A DNA stretch of 64,000 bases from positions 4,992,001-5,056,000 of the forward strand of contig OZ240241.1 in the NCBI GenBank assembly GCA_965198115.1, read 5' to 3'. Below the pieces are notes generated by a model. The model ran no database searches, had not been told where the DNA came from, and saw only the letters and a program-made list of their open reading frames with translations. A program made the translations under genes and the position numbers. Shown one piece after another: positions 55,207-64,000 of this stretch (positions are counted from its first letter, which is position 1; each line of letters begins with the position of its first letter). This stretch comes from Candidatus Latescibacterota bacterium. Its GTDB lineage: Bacteria > Latescibacterota > UBA2968.

Positions 55207-56626
55207 GGCTCTATCCGGGTTTCTCAACGGTGAAACTATAGAATGACAAGGTCATAGATCGTTCCCTACGCTTGGTTGTGTGTGTAGGACAATCAAAGCG
55301 AAGGGGGTGCGACCTATGACCGGGAGCAGATTACTATCGAAACTGCTGAGATTCAAGGGGTTCCGTGTTGTCAGCTGGTGGTTTGAGGGGAGAAGCTGCT
55401 TCGTCATCGCCGTAAAGCCACATAAGAATGGTTGTTGTTGTCCGGAGTGCGGCCGTCGAGGTAAAATCGTCCGCACAATGCCCCATCCGCGTCGGTGGCG
55501 TGACATTCCGGTGTGCGGGTGGAGGGTCTGGCTTCTCTACCATCCTCGGGAGATTCGGTGTCCTACCCACGGTCGTGTGGTCGAGGAGATTCCGTGGGCG
55601 GAGCGGTTCTCTCGGGTGACGTATCGCTTCGAGTATGCCATGCTGCGCTACTGCCAGACCATGACGCAGAAGGCGGCGTCCGAGTTACTGCGCATCTCTG
55701 CCTCGACGCTGTCGGATCTCCTTCACCGATCCATCACGCGGCTTCGTGAAGGTCATCGTATCCGAGGGCTCAAAACCATCGGGATCGACGAGATCTCCTA
55801 CGCCAAGCGTCACAGGTACGCCACGCTCGTTTACGATCTGGACCGCTCCTGCGTGGTGTGGGTTGGCCGCGGCAGGGCGCGTAAAACGATCGATCGGTTC
55901 TTCACAGAGGCTCTCAGTCCCTACCGGAGATCCAAGATCGAGTGGGCCTGCTGCGACATGAGCGAAGCTTACATCGGAGCCATCCAGGAACACTGTCCGA
56001 ATGCCAAGCTGGTCCTCGATCGCTTTCACATCGTCAAGGCTCTCAATGCCGCCGTTGACGAGGTCCGTAAGGACCAGTGGCGTGAAGCTGCCCCGGATGA
56101 GCGCAAAGCCATGAAGGGCCTCCGATGGCTCCTCTACCGGCACTCAGCGACACGCTCCAGAGGGGATACTCGGACACTCAAAGCACTGGAGAAGGCGAAC
56201 TACCGAATCTATAGAGCCTGGAGACTCAAGGACGAGTTCGAGCAGTTCTGGGAATACAAAGCGCCCTGGGCTGCCGAACGCTTCCTGAAATGCTGGACGA
56301 CGTCCGCACTCAGAAGTCGACTTGAACCCCTGCGAAAGTTCGTCAGGACCCTGCGACAGCACTTCTTCGGCGTCCTCGCATTCGTGAACACGCGTCTTAC
56401 CAACGCCATCGCCGAAGGCCTCAACCGAATCGTCCAAATCGTCAAGAACCGAGCCAGCGGATTCCGCACACTCGACGCATTCAACGATATGATCTTCCTT
56501 ACCGTCGGAGACATAAACATCCCTGAGCAGATTCCGAAGAGGTTCCGCACACGCTAACCGCGCCCCCATGCCAGGAACCACGGCACCTTCACCCACTTCA
56601 GCTCGTTGAGAGATCCGGATATAGCC
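55207..56626 (+). mobile_element. ISL3-family element copy D (intact transposase 55280-56557)
   Basis: Target duplication CTTTAATT; 1420 bp. Confidence 0.95.
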
Positions 56627-56777
56627 CTTTAATTTCGTCTTCTCCCTTGCTGCCGCTACGCCCGTGCATCACGAAGCCGTCCTTGAACGCGGCCATCTGC
56701 GGATTGCGGATCTGTTTGGCAAAAAACGCCGTTTGCGACTTACCCCAAGTCTGTCCGGCATCACGGCTGATCACATA

Positions 56778-58071
56778 GGGTTTGCCACGAAATAAGTGCT
56801 GCACTTTTCAAGGTAATGATCTTACGCTCGGAGTGTGGACGTCGAAACTCTCCGAACGAAGTATGAAGCCTTGGCTCCGGTGCTGACGGAACGCACGCGT
56901 CGTCTGTGGGCCGCCACGGAAGCCGAAGCGTTGGGTCACGGTGGGATCGCGATTGTGGCTCTGGCGACAGGAATGTCCAGAGAGCGGATCTTTCGTGGCA
57001 TTCAGGAGTTGAGGTCGGACGAACCTTTGAACCCGGCTCGCATCCGGCGTCCAGGCGGCGGTCGTAAGCGGAAGGCCGACACGGACCCGACGCTGTGGCA
57101 GGACCTGAATGATCTGGTCGAGCCAACGACTGCGGGGTCGCCTGACGACAATCCTCTGAGATGGACATCGAAGAGCACTCGCAAACTGGCCGCCGAGTTG
57201 CAAGCGATGGGGCATTCGGTGAGCCCCAGGATCGTTGCCAATCTCCTGCACGAACACGATTACACGCTGCAGGCGAATCGGAAGACAAGGGAGGGATCTG
57301 CACACCCGGATCGGGACGCTCAGTTCGTTTACCTCGATGATCGGATTAGCCAGCAGCAGCAGCAGGGCCTTCCCGTTATCTCGGTGGACACCAAGAAGAA
57401 AGAGTTGATCGGCGACTTCAAGAATCCTGGCCGAGAATGGCGACCCAAGGGAGACCCGGAGCGTGTGAAGGTACACGATTTCATAGTGCCTGCTCAGGGC
57501 AAGGCGATCCCTTATGGAGTGTATGATCTGAGCCGTGATGAAGGCTGGGTAAGTGTCGGTATCGATCACGACACGGCCAGCTTCGCCGTGAATGCGATCC
57601 GAAGTTGGTGGAAGAACATGGGACGGCCCGCCTACGGCACTTCGACGCATCTGCTAATCACGGCGGACGCAGGCGGCAGCAACGGCGCCAAGACGCGGCT
57701 GTGGAAGTGGGAGCTGCAGCGCTTTGCGAATCGCACTGGCCTGACGATCACCGTATGCCACTACCCTCCTGGCACTAGTAAGTGGAACAAGATCGAACAT
57801 CGCCTGTTCTCCTTCATCGCTATGAACTGGCAAGGCAAGCCCCTGGTCAGCCTGGCTGCAACCGTGAATCTCATTGCCGGAACGACCACTCAAGCCGGTC
57901 TCCGAGTACGCTCCGAGATCGACAAGCGACCCTACCCTAACGGGGTCAAGGTGACCGATGAACAGATGACCCAAATCGATCTCACTCCGCACGATTTCCA
58001 CGGCGACTGGAACTACACGATCCGGCCAATGGCTCAACATTGAGATCGACCGTTTATTTATTCGCGAACCC
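56778..58071 (+). mobile_element. ISAzo13-family element copy 2 (transposase 56835-58043)
   Basis: 3-bp target duplication ATA; near-identical to copy 1. Confidence 0.95.
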
Positions 58072-59204
58072 ATAGTCGAGGTTCTTCTCATCGGTCTGGT
58101 TATAGACATAGGCGATCAGTCCGGTGTCCGGAAGAAACGCCAGTGCGCCATATCCGCGTTGCATGAACTCGAACGGCAGCACGCTGCGACGGCAAAAAGT
58201 AGAGCCCTGGTCCTCGCTGACGTAGAGAGAATAATGGTGCTCAGGAAGATTGCCGTACCAGGCTATGCTGCTGTCGTTACATAGCTCGAACACGTAGACG
58301 ACGCCTTGGTGATACAGGACATCCCAGATACGCCCGGGCTCGTCGCCCACGGGCTTCGCGTCCTCCCAGGTGCTGCCGCCGTCCGAGCTGCGCAGGACGG
58401 TCGGTACCGCCAGCGGCTGCCAGCTGCTGAAGTTCTTCACCACGATGTTCCCGCACTCCAGGCAAACCAGAAGAATGTCGCCATCGTTCGTGCATACCGC
58501 CTTCTCGCACATCACGGAGCGGTCCGTGCCGGCTTCGTACACCCGCTTGGAGTAATCGAGCGGAGCTGGTTTGCTCCAAGTGCGACCGCTGTCCTCGGAG
58601 CGCTTGTATTCCATCCACCCGTCTCCGGTATGGCCGTCGTTCACATCCGAGCAGTTTGGGTAGAAGGCCAGTATCTTCCCTGGCGCGTGTTCGACAAGGC
58701 ATGCCCCAAATGCCCACTGCGCCCCGCCTTCGAGTGATCCACGAAAAGTATGCCGTCGTTTGGTGGGCTCGGCGGACTAATGTCGAAGGGATATGCGTCG
58801 GTGTTCTTGGTATTCATCGCGTATTCGCTTTCCTGGTAGTTCGCTTGTCTGCGAACGGATCAAAGTCTCCGCCATGCGCCAACTTCCAATTAGAGAGTTC
58901 AGTCTATCAAACACGACACGGCAGCGCCCGTCAGTGTATCTATCGACTCCAAGCGCTGCAGTCGATTCTCTCCCAGACCACTGTCCCCGCAGCACTGGAC
59001 TTCCAGAGCCTGTTATGCAGTATATCTCCCGAAGCAAGCCGAGTTCTCAGGATTGCAGTCTGCCAATTATCCACAATCTGCCCAGTCGCTGGAAAGGTGT
59101 CAAAATATACGCCGATGCCTGGATTCACGGCTGTATCAGGACATCGACAGGGCTCCTGACCAGTATCTGGCAAACAGGCTGCCGCACCCTCCGCCACCGG
59201 TCCT

Positions 59205-59285
59205 CCCACTTTCGCTAAAGCTTCGGCGGACGAGCACGCAGCTTCGGCGGGCAGGCCGTAGCAGCGCTACTGCGGAGGGTGGACG
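59205..59285. repeat. REP-like intergenic repeat
   Basis: AGCTTCGGCGG twice, followed by CCGTAGCAGCGCTACTGCGG palindrome. Confidence 0.5.
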
Positions 59286-59363
59286 CCTGAACCAGTGCCA
59301 TTACCCGAGCCAGATTTCGATCCACCTTTCAACTCGCCGGCTCATGACGCGTGGAAAGACGAC

Positions 59364-60566
59364 ATGACAGACTACGAGCAGCACATTCGGGCCAGGGCCT
59401 GTTCGCGAGAAGAGATCGATCACTTTCTCGACCCCGACAAGCTGTCGGTCTACCAGTTCGATCCGGAGGTCGGGTACATCCTCTGCAACTACCCGCGTAA
59501 AGAGGGCGTCGACGGCAGCTCGACCATCCTCACCACGCAACAGAACGGCCGCCGCAACGGAATCCTCTACGGCGACCGGCCCCGACGCATCAACACCTAC
59601 GGCAACAGCTATACGCAATGCGCCCAGGTCAACGACCAGGAGACCTGGCAGGAGGTCCTGGCCGCCCACCTCGGCGAGCCTGTGGGCAACTACGGCGTCG
59701 GCGGCTTCGGCGTTTACCAGGCCTATCGCCGGATGCTCCGCGCCGAGGCCAGCGACGAGGGCGCCGAGTACGTCATCCTCTTCATCTATGGCGACGACCA
59801 CAACCGGAGCTGCTTTCGCTGCCGCCGGGCCAGCTACTCCGTCGACAATCCTGCTGACCCCGTCAACTTCGAAGGCACGTTCTGGGCACACGTGGAAATG
59901 GACCTGGAGCAGGGCTGCCTCGTCGAAAAGGAAGCGCTGCTGCCGACCCCCGAATCCCTCTACAACATGACCGATCCCGATTTCATGTACGAGGCCCTGA
60001 AGGATGATCTCATGCTGCAGATGAGGCTTTACTGCAGCGAATCGACCCCCAGCGTCCGGGACATCGATCAGGAGCCGTTGCGTCCCCTGGCGGAGGTCCT
60101 CGGCGTTTCTCCCGACGTTCCGGATGATCCCGACGGAGAAGCTCGGTGGGTCCGCCCTCTCTACAACGCCTACGGCTTTGCCGCCACCCGCTACATCATC
60201 GAGCGCACCCGCCAATTTATCGAGGGACGGAACAAGAAGTTGATGATCGCCCTCTACTGCCTGACGGCTGCCCGGCAGCTCATCGCCGACGGCGAGCGCT
60301 ACGACCAACCCATTGTCGATTATCTACGGGACGAGCAGATCCGCCACTTCGACATGAATCTGGTTCACGTCGAGGACTACACGTGCTTCGATCTGTCGGT
60401 GGATGACTACTTCAAACGTTACCACGTCGGGCACTACAACCCGACAGGCAACCACTTCTTCGCCCACTCGATCAAACACCCCGTCATCGAGTGGCTCACG
60501 CCCAAGCCGCTTCCCTACCGCCACGACGACGACGTTCTGGCCGATTTTCGCGATTATCTGCCTTGA
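59364..60566 (+). CDS. SGNH/GDSL-like hypothetical protein
   Basis: YGNSYT, NYGVGGFG, GHYNPTGNHF. Confidence 0.7.
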   Translation: MTDYEQHIRARACSREEIDHFLDPDKLSVYQFDPEVGYILCNYPRKEGVDGSSTILTTQQNGRRNGILYGDRPRRINTYGNSYTQCAQVNDQETWQEVLAAHLGEPVGNYGVGGFGVYQAYRRMLRAEASDEGAEYVILFIYGDDHNRSCFRCRRASYSVDNPADPVNFEGTFWAHVEMDLEQGCLVEKEALLPTPESLYNMTDPDFMYEALKDDLMLQMRLYCSESTPSVRDIDQEPLRPLAEVLGVSPDVPDDPDGEARWVRPLYNAYGFAATRYIIERTRQFIEGRNKKLMIALYCLTAARQLIADGERYDQPIVDYLRDEQIRHFDMNLVHVEDYTCFDLSVDDYFKRYHVGHYNPTGNHFFAHSIKHPVIEWLTPKPLPYRHDDDVLADFRDYLP

Positions 60567-60724
60567 CGGAATCGAACCTGCGTCCCAGGGGTTGGTGGGT
60601 CGACATCCTTGAGGTCTTCTTCTCCCGACCTCCGCGAATGGGAAGCCCGATCTTCCAGGAGGTTGAGAATCGTGAGACATCGGCTCCTTTGCCGCCATAG
60701 AGGGTGACTGTGGGCGTAGACATT

Positions 60725-62674
60725 TCAAAAAGGCCCATTGTGATACGAAGGTTCGTTCGCGTACCGCTGCGTTTCCAGGTCCAGGCAGATCTCCATTCCC
60801 GGGGGTAACTCGATGGTCAGGTGGGTCCCGTCGACGTCGATCATACGCTCCTTTGAAGTGATCGGTGGCGGCGCGTAGGTTCCCGCATACCCCCCAAGAT
60901 GTCCGGGCCACTCGCTGGTGCGGCCGGCATACCTCGCGCTACTAAACCTGTGCTCGCCGAACGCCCCCGCCTGCAATACCAGCTCCCGCGGCTGATTGGT
61001 GTTCAGGTTCACCAGCCGCACAACCGTGCGATTCGCTTCCAGCTTTTCTACCAAGGCGCCCACATCTTCCGGTAGACCGGGTCGCTTCCGCTGCACGTCG
61101 TAGTACTTCAGCCGGGTGTGCAACAGACCGCCGTTGTAAATCGGCTGTGGGCCTCCCAAGGTCAGCTGAATCAGCGCCTCTGACGACACAGGGTTGCCCC
61201 ACTGCCACTGGTGGATGTGGTGTCGGGTGCCGACGTCCTGGTCTTCGCGGACGAGGGCGTTGCGGCGGTTGACGATCTGATGGGTGGCGTGCAGCATGCG
61301 CTCGGGGAAGTCGGGGTTGTCGCCGGCAAGGTAACGCACCCAGGGCTGCTCGTGGGCGGAGTCCTCTTTGTTGTGGAACGGGAAGACCGAGTTCCAGTCG
61401 TGGATGTCGCCTTCGCGCACTCGTTCGACGCTCTGCCAGTCGCGGTCGTCCATCGACAGGTACCACAGGCTCACGGGATAGACCGAGCTCATGGGCTGCC
61501 AGTCGAACCAGCCGGCGTCGCCGTAGCGGTAGGGGACGAGGAAAGTCTTCTGTCCCGGCTCCAGGGCCGCGAATTGATCGGTCCAACGCTCGCTGACGCT
61601 CATCTGCTCGGGGGTGACTTCGCGCATCTCCCCAAGATCGAGGATGCGCTCCTGCTGGGTGCGCGCGAGGTCGAGGTAGTCGGTGTCGCGGGTGAGCAGC
61701 AGGGCGTTGGCGACGGCGTCGAGGATAGCAAACTGCATGGTCAGGAAGCCGTGAGGGAAAGTCCATCCCAGCACGCCGCCATACCACTTGCCATCGAGGT
61801 ACTCTCCGACCTTGCCGCTGTGCCCGACCTGGTCGGGCAGCAGGCCGCCGTTGTCGCGGGCCCGTTGATGCCAGACGTCCGTATACTCGACCACCCAGTC
61901 GCGGTACTTCTCGTCGCCGGTCAGCAGGAAGGCGTTGGTCATCAGCGAAGTGAGCCCCAGGTTGGTCGGGGTGTCTCCCTTGTACCAGCGGTCGAACAGG
62001 GCCTGGCCCATCGCTTTGGCTTTGGCCGGGTCGGCGAGGTCCTGCACGCTCTCGATGCCGGGGATGTCGAAAAACGGCAGGCTGTAGCGCTCCATCGTGC
62101 CGCCAAGAGGGGCGTAGCTGGCGTGCTCGCGCTCCTCCATCGGACGGTAATGCGGCCCCTTGCTGCCGTGGTGGCCGTTGAAGACGATCTTGAGCTCGGG
62201 GTCCCAGTTGATGGCCTCGGGATCTTCATTCAAGTAAAACCCGGCGAACCGGCGGGCGCGCGTCACACTGACGGGATTCCGCGGGTCGGCCGTGCAGAGG
62301 TTGTAAAACGCGATGTCGGACTCCGACTGGTGCATGTTGTCGGCGTCCATGCCGTATTCCTTGTAGACGGTGCCCATTCGAGTCAGTTGGCGGGTGACGG
62401 CGTTCCACTGGCGGTGGGCCTGCGATAGCAGGTGTTCGGCACCGCCCATCAGGTAGACCGTCGGCCAGTTGAAGAAGGGCTCGTAATAGTCGTCGTGGCT
62501 CCCACCGCCCCAGGCGTCGTCCCAGATGAACTCGCCGTCCTCGCGGGTGAAGTGGTCGAGAAAGGGGTAGACGGACTCATTTATGGCGTCGAACAGATGG
62601 CGCTCCCAGAGCGCCCAGTTCGGCTGGGAAGTCGAAGGCAGGTCGGCGACGATTTTTGGCATGGTTTGATTCAC
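60725..62674 (-). CDS. Conserved hypothetical protein, possibly (alpha/alpha)6 glycosidase/lyase-like
   Basis: Long ORF with coding-like composition; DDYYEPFFNW, AFLLTGDEKYRDW. Confidence 0.65.
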   Translation of the reverse strand: MNQTMPKIVADLPSTSQPNWALWERHLFDAINESVYPFLDHFTREDGEFIWDDAWGGGSHDDYYEPFFNWPTVYLMGGAEHLLSQAHRQWNAVTRQLTRMGTVYKEYGMDADNMHQSESDIAFYNLCTADPRNPVSVTRARRFAGFYLNEDPEAINWDPELKIVFNGHHGSKGPHYRPMEEREHASYAPLGGTMERYSLPFFDIPGIESVQDLADPAKAKAMGQALFDRWYKGDTPTNLGLTSLMTNAFLLTGDEKYRDWVVEYTDVWHQRARDNGGLLPDQVGHSGKVGEYLDGKWYGGVLGWTFPHGFLTMQFAILDAVANALLLTRDTDYLDLARTQQERILDLGEMREVTPEQMSVSERWTDQFAALEPGQKTFLVPYRYGDAGWFDWQPMSSVYPVSLWYLSMDDRDWQSVERVREGDIHDWNSVFPFHNKEDSAHEQPWVRYLAGDNPDFPERMLHATHQIVNRRNALVREDQDVGTRHHIHQWQWGNPVSSEALIQLTLGGPQPIYNGGLLHTRLKYYDVQRKRPGLPEDVGALVEKLEANRTVVRLVNLNTNQPRELVLQAGAFGEHRFSSARYAGRTSEWPGHLGGYAGTYAPPPITSKERMIDVDGTHLTIELPPGMEICLDLETQRYANEPSYHNGPF

Positions 62675-62683
62675 CGGTGAGGA

Positions 62684-64000
62684 TCAGGGTTCCGTTGAAA
62701 ATCGAAAACTGTAGAGGTCTGCTTCCTGCAGTTCACACTGCAAACGGATGGGATGTCCGGACAGAGAACCGACGTCGGGGTTTCCATTCCAATCAACGGT
62801 GTGGTCGATGCTGTCGCCATAAGTCGGCGGGGTGACGGAGAGACCCGGAATCGAGGCTCCGGACGCATCGAGCAAGGCCATTCGGATGGATCCCGCGGCA
62901 CTGGTGGAAAAGTTGATCTGAAGACGATTGCCTTCAAAGGTGAAAGGGTGGGTGATGAGGGTGCCGGGTGTTGCGGTGGCGTGGATGGAGGTGAATCCAT
63001 CCTGGCGGAGGGTGAATCGTCGAATGTGATTGTGGTCGGTGCGGTAATTCTGAACGGAGTAGAAGGAGAGCTCGCCCGGCCCGGTGGTGAGCACCTGCGG
63101 GACGATAAAGATGGATCGTTCGTGCCAATTGTGCGGGTCCAGGCCGGGCCGCAAATAGGCTTCGGGACAGGGTTGGGTGTAGTTGAGGCCATCTCTGCTG
63201 GCCAGGAAGAGAATGTCGGAAAGGCCGTCGTGTCCCCAGCCCTCGGGCGTGCGGTCGGGCAGGAAGCGTTTGGGAAACATCAGGTAGAAGGGCGCGTGTT
63301 CGTAGGGGTGACCGGCATTGGTGTAGAGGTGATGGGGGTATCGCGCGCTGCCGTCGATCGTGATGTACTGCCAGGGATCCCAGTGGATGAAGTCTTCCGA
63401 GGTCGTCCTGCGTATGGCCCGGATGCGGGGTTCCTGACCGTCGGGATGGTGGCCGCGGATGTAGAGTACATAGCGATTGTTGGGCGCATCCCAGAAGGCA
63501 CTCAACGGACTGTCGAAGTGAGGATCTTCTTCGGAGGCAACGATGAGAGGCCCGTCGTGCGCGTCTTGCCAGTGGATGCCGTCGGGAGAGACCAGGCCGT
63601 AGATACGGGAAGGAGAGCCGCTCGTCCAACGACCCAGGGCTTTGTAACGTTCGGTGTCGGGCACACCCGGGCGGGCGTCGATGAAGACGGAGACGTTTTT
63701 GGTGTTGGGGTTGTCGATGCAGACGTTGTTGTCTTTGGAGCCTTCGAATTCAAACAGGCCCAGGTTCGGCCGGTGCCACGTGATTCCGTCCTGGCTTTCT
63801 GCGTAGGCGGTGAAGGTGGGGCCATAGTCGCCGACCTTCTTCTGCGGACCCTGAGCGCGGTACCACATCTGGTATTTGTCGTCTGTCCTTAGGATGACCG
63901 GACACCAGCTGGTATTCCCTTCCCACGGTTTGTCGAGGGTGAGTACGGAATTCCTGCGAGTGGGTTCGTGCTGCTTGAGGTACAGGTTGTCCAGCTGCTC
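62684..64000 (-). CDS. GH32-like beta-propeller protein (5' end beyond the window)
   Basis: LDKPWEG, SQDGITW, SPDGIHW, LRQDGFTS; frame open to the window edge. Confidence 0.72.
   Translation of the reverse strand, partial: EQLDNLYLKQHEPTRRNSVLTLDKPWEGNTSWCPVILRTDDKYQMWYRAQGPQKKVGDYGPTFTAYAESQDGITWHRPNLGLFEFEGSKDNNVCIDNPNTKNVSVFIDARPGVPDTERYKALGRWTSGSPSRIYGLVSPDGIHWQDAHDGPLIVASEEDPHFDSPLSAFWDAPNNRYVLYIRGHHPDGQEPRIRAIRRTTSEDFIHWDPWQYITIDGSARYPHHLYTNAGHPYEHAPFYLMFPKRFLPDRTPEGWGHDGLSDILFLASRDGLNYTQPCPEAYLRPGLDPHNWHERSIFIVPQVLTTGPGELSFYSVQNYRTDHNHIRRFTLRQDGFTSIHATATPGTLITHPFTFEGNRLQINFSTSAAGSIRMALLDASGASIPGLSVTPPTYGDSIDHTVDWNGNPDVGSLSGHPIRLQCELQEADLYSFRFSTEP

Larger units (their letters stand above)
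54993..58817 (-). pseudogene. Sialidase/BNR-repeat protein interrupted by ISAzo13 and ISL3, with frameshift near 58697
   Basis: Asp boxes SEDSGRTW, SSDGGSTW, SEDQGSTF, SRDAGQTW, SQDGIHW; rejoins as LDY|VISRD and DEIK|GHFVLY. Confidence 0.82.

Noticed and set aside
58830-59210. Possible coding remnant
   Set aside because: No frame gives a recognisable or convincing protein.
1-64000. CRISPR array, rRNA, tRNA, integron attC array
   Set aside because: I saw no regularly spaced repeats or recognisable RNA genes by eye; the long repeats are IS copies.

Overview
GC-rich bacterial window, probably FCB group and most consistent with Ca. Latescibacterota (inferred from the cohesin/dockerin-like/FlgD-Ig C-terminal protein, DUF6785 transporter, many beta-propeller and PhyH genes). 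It looks like a genome undergoing IS expansion and erosion. I count 14 IS copies or fragments from 5 types (two IS256-family types, ISL3, ISAzo13, tnpA-only IS200-like), about 16.6 kb or 26% of the window. Several interrupted genes can be rebuilt by removing the IS and one target duplication (FapA/DUF342-like, GH95-like, sialidase-like). The flagellar fliS / FlgN-like / flgM cluster is damaged, and three genes carry nonsense codons. glnA and many metabolic genes are intact. The most unusual part is 2.4-7.1 kb, between two same-orientation IS256 copies: a mosaic of unrelated gene fragments joined without IS ends. It includes a promoter, a pseudoknot-capable RNA and a terminator directly upstream of a NYN (PIN-like) nuclease, a candidate RNA-antitoxin system. 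I recognised no rRNA, tRNA or CRISPR array. Some single-base indels may be long-read errors, and the fragment junctions need read support. All family calls are by motif recognition, not database search.
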